NCBI RefSeq assembly: GCF_032191835.1
Contig: NC_083237.1
Coordinates: 10,850,001-10,914,000 of the forward strand
Source: Heteronotia binoei
Lineage: Eukaryota
Length of the DNA: 64,000 nt
Reading direction: 5' to 3'
The notes beneath the pieces are model-generated. The model ran no database searches. It had not been told where the DNA came from and saw nothing but the letters and a program-made list of their open reading frames with translations. Shown here one piece after another: positions 36,549 through 50,039 of the stretch. The position numbers were made by a program, and so were the translations under genes. Positions within the stretch are counted from its first letter, which is position 1. Every line of letters begins with the position of its first letter.

Positions 36549-37789
36549 CCTTCAGCAATGCATGTCTTCCTGTATTTGTTGATGGCCTCATCCAGCCTGC
36601 ATCCGTCTGACTTTGGATGGTGGCTGAGTTGGACTATATACATTCTGAACGGTTATTGATTCGATGCGCTAAAAAGTTCAGCAACAGAAATGCATGCTGA
36701 TTCAGAGTTTATTTTTTAAAAAAATCCACGGATGGCATATCTGGCCTAAAAAGGCCATATGGGAGAGATCAGATTGAGAGTTCTGCCTCCCAGCTGCCAA
36801 TGAATCAATGGTATTATAACTGTTTCCATGCTGATGAGTTTCTAGAACTTTCTGAAGGGCCAAGGCATAGAGATCAAATTACAATGATTTGGACAATTCC
36901 AGGAAGGAATAATTATTTATGCCCATGGGGAATCTGTGGAAAGTTTGGTAGCAAACAGGTTTCATTTTTTTACTGCTCTAAGCACAACTTTTTTTCCATC
37001 TCCTTAGTGGGAACAAATGGAGTGGGATTCAAACATGAGCAAACATGAAAAGAACAGGCCCATAGCCACCAGGGGGCTTCCTCAGCTGCCCCTCCGGCGC
37101 ACTCTTTGAGTGGTGGAGCAGAGGGAGGGAGGGAGGAGGAGGCAATGGCAGTGTGACCAGACTGGGAAGGAACTTAGGAAGGGAATTGTGCCAGAGGCTG
37201 CCTCACCTGCTTCTCCAGCATGCTATTTGAGTGTGGGGGAGGGGGGGAGAGGCAGCGGGCAGGGAAGGGATGGAAGGAATGTGGGATGGAAGGCTAAGGG
37301 GGTGAGGCCACCGAGTGCCCCCTGAAAATATTTGAGGCCCCCCAACTTCCCAAACCCTGGCTACAGCCCTGGAAAAGAATTATGTCACTGCTTTGATAGG
37401 GGGCAGGATGCAGAGCTTGAGCAGCACCATGCTGAGCATCCTTACCCAGAAATCCCGGCGAGTTCAATGGAACGAATTCCTTTCCCCCGTCTTTTGTGAA
37501 CGGCAGTTTTATTCCTTTAGAGAGGACATCTTTTCCACCATAGTTGCTAAACGTGGCTCACAGTATCCACTCAGAAAGGAAGGTCATAATAGTTCAGATT
37601 CACTTAGATCGAGGGGATAGGAGATAACAGTTCTTTGATATTATAAACGAGGTCTGCTAAGGAAATTCTCCCAATCACAATTGTTCCCCGGCATACTATC
37701 TTGTCCCATGTGTCCCCCCCCCCCCGTGCCCTCCTCAGTCACAGATCCATCAAGGAGGTGCTGCAGAAATTAATGTCCCTTCCATGAAT

Positions 37790-38110
37790 GTACTTATTTG
37801 CTTATTTAAATATTTATTAGCCATCTTTCTAGGCGAGACAGCTTAAAGTGTAAATAAAACATTTATAAAAGAGTGTGAATGCGGGTACATAGAAAATACC
37901 ATCATATCAAATCACAATTAGTAATGGCAATAAATAAACATCAAAATTAGTCACTACCTTCAACTGCCTTGTACAAATTGAAAGTGTTGGGGACAGCTGC
38001 ATGTCTCTGGGCAGGTTGTTCCATAGTCCATGGGGCTGCTGCTGAAAAGGCCCTACTACCTCTTTGGGACAGTCAGGAAAGCTTCTCCCTTGTGGGCCAT
38101 TGTGATGAAA
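37790..38110 (-). mobile_element. Degenerate L2-like 3' fragment
   Basis: LWNNLPRDMQLSPTLSIC...LK resembles the L2 ORF2 C-terminus; second copy at about 48470-48790. Confidence 0.55.
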
Positions 38111-38325
38111 TCCGCATACTGTGTTTTTTCTGGACACATTTATGTTTCTGAGTAGGCAGCAAAATAAGGAGCCAGTAAAAGGAGGAGGGTTATGGAGCCC
38201 CTGCTAGATCAAAACATGTATAGGACAGATATGTAGGGGATAAACACAGTTCTCCACAGCTCTTTTTCTTTGAATCTCCAGGAGGGGCCGGGAAAGGCGG
38301 ATAACATTAAGAATCACCAACCTGA

Positions 38326-39227
38326 TTATCTTTTTCTCCTTATTAGTTCCTCTCTCCTGTTCAGCTCAGGTCTCAACACAATAATGAAGCATTTGGGGAA
38401 AAATATACAGCCTAATAACCCAGCACTGGACACCAAGATAGAGAAGATTTCTACCATTACCATGGATTTCCCTTTGGTGCTGAGATAGGTTGGAACAAAA
38501 GACACCCAAACACTGCAAAAGATCAACATGCTGAAGGTGATGAACTTGGCTTCATTAAAACTGTTCGGCAACTTCCTAGCTAGGAAAGCCACAGTCAAAC
38601 TCATGATGGATAGAAGTCCCATATAACCCAGAACAATGTAGAACATGAAAACAGACCCTTCATTACATTCTACTATGATCTCTTCAGTCAATGACAGTGT
38701 GTCAAAATCTGGGAACGGTGGTGAGGTTGCTAGCCACACTATAGAAATGCCCACCTGAATGAGGGAGCAAGAAAGGACGACTGACTTAGCCAGCCATTTC
38801 CCTAGCCACCTCTTCATGCTGGATCCTGGTTTAGTGGCCATGAAAGCAACAACCACAGTGATGGTTTTGGCCAACACACAGGAAACAGCCACTGAAAAGA
38901 CAATGCTGAAAGTTGACAGTCGAAAGAAGCAGGTCACCTGACTTGGTTGCCCAACAAATAGCAAGGAAGAGAGGAAGCAGAACAGGAGGGAAATGAGAAG
39001 TGCGTAGGTGATGTCCAGGTTGTTGGCTTTGACAACAGGAGTGTTTTTGTGCTTAATAAAAGTTCCTAATACTACAGTTGTGAGAAGAACTAAAGAAGCA
39101 GCTATGGAAGCCAAAGAAATTCCTAAAGGTTCATCAAAAGACAGGAAGTTTAAGGTCTTGGGAATGCATCCATCTTGGTCCTTGTTTGAATACTGACCAC
39201 TTTGGCATTTGGTGCAATCGTCCATAT
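38326..39227 (-). CDS. V2R copy B exon 6 (7TM domain)
   Basis: 299-aa ORF differing from copy A at 2 residues. Confidence 0.95.
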
Positions 39228-42200
39228 CTGGAAAACAAAAGATAAAGGGGAGCTATCACAGAGACTCACTGTATAACTCACTGAAAATGTCAAGACAGTG
39301 TGTGTTTGTAATAAAAAAGGCCAACACCATGCTGGGAATTATTAGGAAGGGAATTGAAAACAAATCAGCCAGTATCATAATGCTCCTGCATAAATCGATG
39401 GTGCGGTCTCATTTGGAGTACTGTGTGCAGTTCTGGTTGCCGCACCTCAAAAAGGATATTATAGCATTGGAGAAAGTCCAGAAAAGGGCAACTAGAATGA
39501 TTAAAGGGCTGGAACACTTTCCCTATGAAGAAAGGTTGAAACACTTGGGACTCTTTAGCTTGGAGAAACGTCGACTGCGGGGTGACATGATAGAGGTTTA
39601 CAAGATAATGCATGGGATGCAGAAAGTAGAGAAAGAGGTACTTTTCTCCCTTTCTTACAATACAAGAACTCGTGGGCATTCGATGAAATTGCTGAGCAGA
39701 CAGGTTAAAACGGATAAAAGGAAGTACTTCTTCACCCAAAGGGTGATTAACACGTGGAATTCACTGCCACAGGAGGTGGTGGCGGCCACAAGCATGGCCA
39801 CCTTCAAGAGGGGTTAGATAAAAATATGGCACAGAGGTCCATCAGTGGTTATTAGCCACAGTGTGTGTGAGTGTGTGTATATATTTATATATATATATAT
39901 ATTAAAATTTTGGCCACTGTGTGACACAGAGTGTTGGACTAGATGGGACATTGGCCTGATCCAACATGGCTGCTCTTATGTTCTTAGACACTTGCCATGA
40001 GAATGAGTATGATAGAAGCATTGTGACTGTATTTGATGTGGGAACAATGCTGAAAACGTTCACGTTCAATTTCTGCTGCTCGATCTAGATGTGGTGGTAC
40101 TCCAAACTTCCAATTTAACATTTGAAATGATGGTGATGGCGGTGGTGGTGGTAGTGATTTAGCAATCAGATTTCTTTTTGCTTTAATCATTTCAACAGAT
40201 CGTATGGAATATAACTTTCATGCATATAAGACATTATGTTATGGGGTGCCATAAGACTTTCAGCCATGCAGGTAATGAGGAATATTTTTAAATGTACAAA
40301 TAAATGTGTCAACTGATGTCTAAACAAAAATGTGCATATGCCGACTAAAACTTGATCTTTGAGTATTCAGAATAGCTTCCAAAATGATGATATTGTAGGG
40401 ATTGTGGTGCAGGACACCATTTTTGGTTGACATTGGAAAAAAGTGCCCTGGGAACCAAATATGAAAAGCTTATCCTGTTAGATACTGGTTGTAACATTAA
40501 CTGGTGGACATCCTCACAAGGGCAGAGGCAGTAGTCTACTAAAAGGTCCCTGACCATCACCACAGAGAAGAGGACAGTGGGCAGAATGAAGGATGGGCTG
40601 AATGTGGCCAGGTGGTCAGATGAATGGATGCAAGTGGCTGGCTTTTGCAGTGGTGATGAGCAGAGATGAGATACTGTTATGGTTAAGGAAAAATTGGTGA
40701 TGTAGAAGAAGAAGAATTGCAGATTTATACTCAGCCCTTCTCTCTGAATCGGAGACTCAAAGCGGCTTACAATCTCCTTTATCTTCTCCCCCTACAACAG
40801 ACATCCTGTGAGATGCGTGGTGCTGACAGAGCTCTCCCAGAAGCTGCCCTTTCAAGGACAACTCCTGCAAAAGCTATGACTGACCCAAGACCATTCCAGC
40901 AGGTGCAAGTGGAGGAGTGGGGAATCAAACCCGGTTCTCCCAGATAAGAGTCCACACACTTCACCACTACACCAAATTGACTCTGGGATGCTGACAACAG
41001 AACAAATATGTGACCTTAAGGAAGTGTTGCTGTTAAGTTGTGTGTATCTGGACTGAGTGGTAGTATGGAGGAGGCATAAGAAGAGGGGGGGGGGAGAGAG
41101 TTTGGGTAGTAGCCCAAACTGCCCTGAGGACTTCATATGGACATGCAAGGAACATAGTGTCTTAGATGCAGGTTGTTAATAGTACTATCAGACATTAAAA
41201 TTCCTGCAGAAAACAGTTGTGGGGTGGAACAGAGCTTTGGGCCAGATTGCTATGGGAATCTTCCCTGCAAATACCAGCCCCATTGACTCGCCATGGTACT
41301 GGTCACAGATTAATGTCTTCTACCCAATTTCCTGACCTGGTTTTGCATTTGAAACTATTTTGGCTTATTTGTTAGGGGTTTTTTTAATTGATTCTTATCC
41401 TCACCCCTCCCCCAGCAATCAGGGCTCAGTGCGCTTAACAATATAACACCAAAACTTTTTTTAAAAAAATTAAATATCATGGCAGTTGGCATGGCAATCA
41501 GAAAAACTCATAGGAGGCCAAGTGAACTTGCCTCAATAGAATGCCTGGAAGAATAACTTGGTCTCTCAGGCCCTGCAGAACCTAGACAGATCCTGCAGGG
41601 CATGAATCTCTTCAGACAGAGTATTCCACCAGGGTGGGGCTGCTATCGAGAAAGCCCTTGTTCCCGTTGAGCTTAAATGAGCTACCCAAGGGCCAGGCAC
41701 CACCGAAGTCCATATGAAACAGAACACAAGCACCATGGGGGTGATAACAGCACAGGTGATCCTTAAGGTATGAAGTCTCCAGACCACTTAGGGCAGGGGT
41801 GTCAAACTCATTTATTATGAGGGATGGATTTGACATAAATAAGACCTTGTCGGGCCGGGCTGGGCTATATCAGGCTGAACCATGTGAACTATTTAAGATC
41901 AGGTAGCAGAGATAAACTTTAATAGGACACAAACACAGAGTTTAAAAAAAACCCAAAACTTAAAATGTGCTTAAACATTAGCACTTGTTGGTCTTAAAGG
42001 TGCTTTCTTTGTTTTCTCCCAGGGGATCCAGGGAACTGGGCAAAGGAAGCTCTGGCTCTTTCCTTCCTTCCCTAGGGGACCAGGGACCATTCTCAACCAA
42101 TGGAGAAAACAGAGGTTTTGCTCTGTAGCTCCTGTGCAATTGAGCAAGCCTTGTAAAGCAACTGTGATGCAGAAGGAAGCAAGAGAAAGGGAGAAAGAAG

Positions 42201-45200
42201 CCGATGACAGCCAGTTGTTCGGGGGCCTGATAGGAGCCATTTGGGGGCCTGATTCGGCCCCCAGGCCGCATGTTTGACACCCCTGACTTAGGGCTTTCAA
42301 GACCTGGAAACCAATTGGGAGCCAGTGTTGCTGCTTGAATATGTACAGATATGCTGAGTATGTACAGACCATAATGTATTGGTCAACAGCCTAGCAGCAC
42401 ATTCTGAATAAGCGGAAGTTTCCGAGGCATCTTCAAGGGCAGCCCTGCAGAGAGTGAATTGTTGTAGTCCAATCTGGAGGTGATTTCCAATGGCTTGCAT
42501 AATGGATAATTTTCCCAAAGAGTGATGAGAGGTTGACACCAGTGAAGACTGTTGACATCCAAATAATTTGAATTAATCCTGAATGCTACTGCATTACGTT
42601 ACCTACCCTTCTGGCTTGAAATCCTCCCTTCTGGGCAAGGAACACAATCATAGCAACAAAATGTCTCCCCTTCCTTCCTCCTCTTGTGAAAGCCAGGGTT
42701 GCAGTAGTCATTGCACAAAGAAATGGACACCATCTATCCAAAAACATGAGCAGCGATCCAGGAAAGAGATGTCAGATTTTTTTAAAAAAAATTCTTTATT
42801 AACTGATATAGAAACAAAAAGCGAGCAATTGAAATGGTGTGACCATTATCCTTGCAAAAATAAGGGGGAGGGGAATCTCCAGATAGATAGGGGAAAGGGA
42901 GAGGCAATGCAGGGGGAAATGAGGTATCCCTAGCAAGTCTTTGCAGGTTCTTCATTGCACAATTGCACCCAGCTCAACCTCCCATATGCAACTTGGCTAA
43001 ACTCTTCCCCAAGAGGAGCCTAGGGGGCAGAGAAGGAAAGCTGAAGACAGAGAGGGTAGATAAACATTGGTTGGTTGGTTGGGATGTGAGAAGAAGAGAA
43101 GGAACCAGGAAAATAGAGGGTGTATATATAGGCTGCCAGAAAGGATGCCACTATGATTTGAGAAATTCCTGACATTTGGGAGCTTGAGCCATGGGAGGGA
43201 GGAAGCTGGATAAGAGAGGGACTACAGTGGCTTAAAATGTCATAGAGTACGCCCTCCAAAGCATCCGGGGGAACTGATCTCTGTAGGCTGGAGAGCAGTT
43301 TTACTTCTGGGAAATCTCCAGTCCCCACCTGGAGGTTGGAAACCTGAGCAGGGGAAGAAGAAGAAGACAATGACTTTGGATTTATATTTCACCCTCCACT
43401 CTGAATCTCGGGGCAGCTCACAATCTCCTTTATCTTTCTCACCCAAAACAAACACCCTGTGAGGTAGGTGGGGCTGAGAGGTCTCTCACAGCAGCTGCCC
43501 TTTCAAGGACAAGCTCTACGAGAGCTATGGCTGACCCAAGGCTATTCCAGCAGCTGCAAGTGGGGAATCAAACCCGATTTTCCCAGATAAGAGTCCATGC
43601 ATTTAACCACTACACCAAATTGGCTCTCAAAAGATGAAAGAGTGGTGTAGGGACAAAACAGATGCCCCTGCAAGTATTTTCAGGTCCCCCATTTGTAAAA
43701 AATCTAAAATGTATTGAAAAAGTAATGTTTCATCCATCTGTATTGTTCCATTCTATGCACTGAATCATAGTTTTTGAAAATGCAACTATTTAGTTCTTAC
43801 CCTAACTTGAATAGCATATACAGTTCAATCATATTGTCAAACAATTCGATACTTTAAATCTATATTTCTACTTAGTACTCCAAAACAAAATATGGTCTTT
43901 CATGATGACCAAAATAGGGGGCTGTTGCTGAATCTCTTGCCCAGTGATTAGAATGGCCCCTGAAAAGACCCTGAAATCCATACCTTGTTAAAACTTGTTT
44001 GCCACACAATCATGTCCTCATGAACAAGTAATTCTTGTCCTTCAGGGGCATTGAAATTCACCCTTCCAATTTTCACCCTGGAGAAGCTCTTATTTGGGAA
44101 TGTGACCAAGTTCATTATATCAAATCCACATCCAATTTCCCATTGATCATTAAAAGACAAGATTTCTCCAGCTGCATTGTTAAATGAAATGCCTTGAAGA
44201 AATGTGTGAATCTGGTCCAAAGGAGAACATGAAAAAAAGTTGAGATTTTAATGTCAAATTGATCAACTTCTCTCCTTTCAGACACATTTTCATGGGGATT
44301 CATAGCCTGATTATTTCATGTTTGCAGAAGAATGAAATGTTACAGATTACCTTTCATCAGTATTCACATATCGGGACAAATGAGAATGCAAAAATTGTTG
44401 AAGAAGATGGAGAGGACTGCAGATTTATACCCCACCCTACTCTCTGAATCAGAGTCTCAGAGTGGCTTACAATCTCATTTTTCTTCTTCCCCCACAACAA
44501 ACACCATGTGAGGTAGGTGGGGCTGAGAGAGCTCTCCCAGAAGCTGCCCTTTCAAGGACAACTCTTACGAGAGCTATGGCTGGCCCAAGGCCATTCCAGC
44601 AGCTGCAAGTGTAGGAGTGGGGAATTGAACCCGGTTCTCCCAGATAAGAGTCCGCACACTTAACCACTACACCAAACTGTTGCCATTGAATAATATGCTC
44701 ATCATTTCACCATTTATACAGATTGTGAAAATGTATCCATTTGAACAGATTATGCTACAATATTCATGAAAATAGAGTTATTTGAATCTCAAGGTTACCT
44801 GCCAAGACTGGAGATCATGCCATTCCGCTCCTTGACCCCTGTCCATTGATCTGTCACTGGATTTGGATGAATACATTGCGTGCAAACTATGTGCCACAGC
44901 ATAGACTGCATTGTAGATGCTGTAACTGTAGCCTGTCATGTGCAATTCAAAAAGGTGCTCGGGAAGACTCTCCAGTCTCTCCTCCCCAGTACATGTTTCA
45001 TTGATCTTCACTGTCTTCTGAGGATTTGAATAAAAACAGTCAAATGCTTGCTCCCAGAATATTTTGAGAAAACCATTTTCCTGTTTCCCGTAAGGTTTTA
45101 TGTCTCGAAGAAAGCTCTGGAATCCAAGAACTTCATTGGAGTGAATTGTGAAGAAAATGGTCCCATGGAAGAACTGGAAATCCCAGGCCTTTTGAAGGCC

Positions 45201-47222
45201 TGTTAATGCAAAATCAACCTGGGCTGTCATAATCCATACCTTTCTCAATGATACAATGCCATGAAATCCAGGATCGGCTAGAAACATATAAGTGAGGAAT
45301 CCAATAAGTACACCAGAGTCTCCATAGAACATAAAAGTATTGGCTTTGCTATCTCTCAAAGTTAGATAAATAGTGAAAACTAAATCAAAAACATCTCCCA
45401 TTGAATCCCAATAGGTCTTTCTGATGACCCTGTGTATAAAAGCTAAACAGATGCCATTTTGGGAGAGCAGTGGCTCCAAGATCTTCAAGAAATGTTCTCC
45501 ACTGTCTTCATCCACAGCAAAAAGCCCAACCCAGGTCCACTGGAAATGGAGAAGTAAACGGATGATCCCCATATTCTGATGGGCTTCATTTGGGACCATG
45601 CGGTAAAAGGAAGGGGACTGTTTCGCATTTCGCTCCTCTGGAGCAAATGATCCATATGTCAGCTAAAAATAAGCGTACACATATATTAGACATGTGTTAA
45701 AAAGGCTGTTTGGGTTCGTGCTTCAATGAATATTTCATGAAGGAATCTGTAGATTAAACAGGAGGGAAAACCCAATGGATTCATCTCATATTGTCTGTGA
45801 AAGAAACATGTAAAAATATTCCTATGCTATCACTTGAGTGCAAGAAGTTCCCTTTTATTGAATCAATCCCCAGTCTATCACAATGAGAGAGTCACACCTC
45901 TCCATCTTTTTAAATCTCAGAATACCTCCCTGAAAATAAACATTATTATTGTCCAATCACTCACTGTTCCTTGAACAGGTCTGACCTGTGGTATCTTGTA
46001 GAGACTTAGGATGTCTGCCATGCAGAAAGAGATATCAGAATTAAGTCCCCCAATGATGGCTACCAAGTTTTTGTGGTTATCACATTCATAGTTAGGAAAA
46101 TACCGATGTGATTTACAGAGTAGATCAAGAGTGGTGCGATACGTCATCTTCATGTCGTGGTAGTTGTCATAGATGTGATATCCAAGAGTAACATTGGGCA
46201 AGATTCTGAGATTTTGGTTGATCTCATTTATGGCAAACACCAAGGCCAGGACATGCTGATGGAACTTGGTCACCATACTGTAAACAGAAATACCTGCCCT
46301 GAAATTGGAATACTTTATATTTGTTTGTCATAACACTGATCCATTTCATATACGATTTAGCTACCTCGGTATAAGGATAACCTTGATTTTGTTACATTTG
46401 TTACTGAAGCTGTCTGAGCTAATAAAACTCTCGTTCTCCTTAAGTTAAGATTGTTAAGATCAGACTGCATTGTACCTCAACCAAGTATCTGTTGGGCGTC
46501 TCTCACTCCTGCCTCATGTAAGCAGCCCACAAGCAAGACAAGTGCGACCTAGCCCTGCTCAGAAGGCTGAAGGAAACTCAACATTCTTAGTAGGGATACC
46601 TCACTGCTCCCAGATCTCACTTATGAGAGGACCTTTCTCTTCAGACTTTCTTATAGGGGGACCTTTGTCTTCAGCCTCTCTTAGGAAGGGACCTCTCTCT
46701 TCAGCCTTTCTTATGAGGGGACCAGTCACTGCTATCTGTCCTGGATTTTTGTCCCCCTTTGAGTTTAATGCTGGGGGTACATCAGTCAGGGTCCTTTGGT
46801 GAAGTTGGCCATAGGGATCTACTCAGTCCTTTTGGTATCTTAAACAAATAGTAGCTTTATTCTATGATCAACAGCTCTAGAGACTATACAGGCTCTGAGA
46901 ATTGTGGTGCAAGTTCTCATAAAGGGAATGAAGCCAGTTTGCCCTGGAAAACAATTATGGGCCAAGAATACGAGAGAAACACTTCAAAAGAGAAAATAAT
47001 TCCTTACTAAGGATCCATGTACAACTCCTGAGCTGGATGTTGACTGAAGGTTTTTTCAGCTGGGTAGTGATATAAGTGAGAAGCAATTCCACCTATGAGG
47101 AAATCTCCTGGCTGGTACCATTCATGTGGAACAGGGAGGGGATCTTTCCAACGACACCTGCTGGCATTTGATTTGCATCCCTTTGGAAACAGGAGCAACA
47201 GTGGCACCACCAGTTCCAACAT
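38326..47222 (-). CDS. Vomeronasal type-2 receptor, copy B, intact, 6 exons, 875 aa
   Basis: Exons 47222-47008, 46277-45986, 45662-44799, 44211-43984, 42733-42607 and 39227-38326; same lengths and phases as copy A. Confidence 0.93.
39269..39985 (+). mobile_element. 5'-truncated CR1 in V2R-B intron 5
   Basis: Duplicate of 30376-31108. Confidence 0.92.
40704..40984 (-). mobile_element. SINE ((GAA)n family)
   Basis: Family match; lies in the segment absent from copy A. Confidence 0.85.
41365..42540 (-). mobile_element. L2-like LINE 3' fragment split by a hAT MITE
   Basis: LQRAARLL..., [18 protein letters not shown], plus L2-type 3' end. Confidence 0.7.
41794..42285. mobile_element. hAT-type MITE
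   Basis: TIRs caggggtgtcaaac / gtttgacacccctg with 8-bp TSD ACTTAGGG. Confidence 0.92.
42607..42733 (-). CDS. V2R copy B exon 5
   Basis: 127 bp Cys-rich exon with AG/GT boundaries. Confidence 0.93.
43354..43627 (-). mobile_element. SINE in V2R-B intron 4
   Basis: Duplicate of 32585-32858. Confidence 0.85.
43984..44211 (-). CDS. V2R copy B exon 4
   Basis: 228 bp. Confidence 0.93.
44400..44679 (-). mobile_element. SINE in V2R-B intron 3
   Basis: Duplicate of 33631-33910. Confidence 0.85.
44799..45662 (-). CDS. V2R copy B exon 3
   Basis: 864 bp, open reading frame. Confidence 0.94.
45986..46277 (-). CDS. V2R copy B exon 2
   Basis: 292 bp. Confidence 0.94.
47008..47222 (-). CDS. V2R copy B exon 1
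   Basis: Identical protein sequence to copy A exon 1. Confidence 0.88.
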
Positions 47223-49289
47223 CCTTCAGCAATGCATGTCTTCCTGTATTTGTTGATGGCCTCATCCAGCCTGCATCCGGCTGACTTTGGATGGTGGCTG
47301 AGTTGGACTATATACGTTCTGAACGGTTATTGATTCGATGCGCTAAAAAGTTCAGCAACAGAAACGCATGCTGATTCAGAGTTTATTTTTTAAAAAAATC
47401 CACCGGATGGCATATCTGGCCTAAAAAGGCCATATGGGAGAGATCAGATTGGGAGTTCTGCCTCCCAGCTGCCAATGAATCAATGGTATTATAACTGTTT
47501 CCATGCTGATGAGTTTCTAGAACTTTCTGAAGGGCCAAGGCATAGAGATCAAATTACAATGATTTGGACAATTCCAGGAAGGAATAATTATTTATGCCCA
47601 TGGGGAATCTGTGGAAAGTTTGGTGGCAAACAGGTTTCATTTTTTTACTGCTCTAAGCACAACTTTTTTTCCATCTCCTTAGTGGGAACAAATGGAGTGG
47701 GATTCAAACATGAGCAAACATGAAAAGAACAGGCCCATAGCCACCAGGGGGCTTCCTCAGCTGCCCCTCCGGCGCACTCTTTGAGTGGTGGAGCAGAGGG
47801 AGGGAGGGAGGAGGAGGCAATGGCAGTGTGACCAGACTGGGAAGGAACTTAGAAAGGGAATTGTGCCAGAGGCTGCCTCACCTGCTTCTCCAGCATGCTA
47901 TTTGAGTGTGGGGGAGGGGGGGAGAGGCAGCGGGCAGGGAAGGGATGGAAGGAATGTGGGATGGAAGGCTAAGGGGGTGAGGCCACCGAGTGCCCCCTGA
48001 AAATATTTGAGGCCCTCCAACTTCCCAAACCCTGGCTACAGCCCTGGAAAAGAATTATGTCACTGCTTTGATAGGGGGCAGGATGCAGAGCTTGAGCAGC
48101 ACCATGCTGAGCATCCTTACCCAGAAATCCCGGCGAGTTCAATGGAACGAATTCCTTTCCTCCGTCTTTTGTGAACGGCTGTTTTATTCCTTTAGAGAGG
48201 ACATCTTTTCCACCATAGTTGCTAAACGTGGCTCACAGTATCCACTCAGAAAGGAAGGTCATAGTTCAGATTCACTTAGATCGAGGGGATAGGAGATAAC
48301 AGTTCTTTGATATTATAAACGAGGTCTGCTAAGGAAATTCTCCCAATCACAATTGTTCCCCGGCATACTATCTTGTCCCATGTGTCCCCCCCCCCGTGCC
48401 CTCCTCAGTCACAGATCCATCAAGGAGGTGCTGCAGAAATTAATGTCCCTTCCATGAATGTACTTATTTGCTTATTTAAATATTTATTAGCCATCTTTCT
48501 AGGCGAGACAGCTTAAAGTGTAAATAAAACATTTATAAAAGATTGTGAATGCGGGTACATAGAAAATACCATCATATCAAATCACAATTAGTAATGGCAA
48601 TAAATAAACATCAAAATTAGTCACTACCTTCAACTGCCTTGTATAAATTGAAAGTGTTGGGGACAGCTGCATGTCTCTGGGAAGGTTGTTCCATAGTCCA
48701 TGGGGCTGCTGCTGAAAAGGCCCTACTTCCTCTTTGGGACAGTCAGGAAAGCTTCTCCCTTGTGGGCCATTGTGATGAAATCCACATACTGTGGATATTC
48801 TGGACACATTTATGTTTCTGAGTAGGCAGCAAAATAAGGAGCCAGTAAAAGGAGGAGGGTTATGGAGCCCCTGCTAGATCAAAACATGTATAGGACAGAT
48901 ATGTAGGGGATAAACACTTACAGTTCTCCATAACTTGAGGCATGTGTACAAAACTGCCTTTCCTGAGATGAGCCCCTACAGCTTGTTCATTCTGCACATG
49001 AATGCTCCTGAATCATACTGAGCCATTCATGATTCCATTCCATTTGCAAGGATTTTCTATGGCTGCATCAACAATAGTTTGGAAAGTGCCATCAAATCAC
49101 AGCTCACCAGGACTGGATCTACTTGTTTTTGAAGGGGGCCAAAATTAAAAAATGACGCTCCCTTATGGGCCATTCTATCTTACGATCCCATAGAATATAA
49201 TGGACTCCATACCCAATTTGATGCCCCCCCTCCATCGGTGCCTGGGGCAAGCACCCCCCTTTGCCCCCCCCCACCAGATCCGGCCCTGC

Positions 49290-49462
49290 AGCTCACTTAT
49301 GGCAACCCTGTAGAGTTGTCATGGAAAGAGGCAGTCAGAGGTGGCTTGCCATTGCCTGTCTCCACATTACATCCCTGATATGCCTCGGAGTTCTTACATC
49401 CATTTACTAGCTATGGCTGACCTTGCTTAGCTTCTGAGATCTGATGAGATTGGTCTAGTCTG
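49290..49462 (-). mobile_element. 5S rRNA-derived SINE (5S-Sauria-like)
   Basis: gaccttgcttagcttctgagatctgatgagattgg is the reverse complement of 5S rRNA sequence, joined to a BovB/Sauria-type tail (acttatggcaacc...gaggtggcttgccattgcc). A more degenerate copy lies at about 11270-11390. Confidence 0.7.
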
Positions 49463-49723
49463 GATAGGGTTACTAGCCCGCAGGTCTGGGCAGGGGATCC
49501 TTTGCTTTGGGGGCCTTCTCCCCACCACTGGTCATGGTGTGAGGGCAAGTTTACCATAGAGTTTTGCCCTCAAATCTGAGCATCCTCACATGATGTTCCT
49601 GATGTGATGACATCACTTCTATGTGACATCATCACACTGACAATGTTGCATGGTGAAGTCACAGTTTGGAGTGAGAGCCTTATCCTCACCTGGAAGACTC
49701 CCTTTCCCTGACAGCAACCCTAG
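49463..49723. mobile_element. hAT-type MITE with tagggtt / gcaacccta ends
   Basis: Termini match the TAGGGTTGCC family; TSD not recognisable. Confidence 0.6.
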
Positions 49724-50039
49724 CTATTTGGGTTAGGGCACATCAACATTACCGAAGAGTTTTCCAGTGGAAATTAGAACATCTGTTTCTCCATACCAGA
49801 TCTGATCAAGAAAAACAAAAGAAATTGGTAGAAACACAAATTGTTGTACTTTGTATTTTCCTTTTATTGGCATACAGGTCGATTTGTACTGTTATTTTTT
49901 ATTTTATTGTTATGCCTATAAAGGTTTCTGGAACTGGACAACTGGCTCATAAATCTTCGTTTTGGTAAATGGCTCAAGACTGTGGTGGTTTTATACCCCC
50001 AAGCCTTCTGGAATGGAATGGATTACCAAGAACCTATTG

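Noticed and set aside
49385-49462. 5S rRNA gene
   Set aside because: Partial, diverged and fused to a retroposon tail; it is a SINE head.
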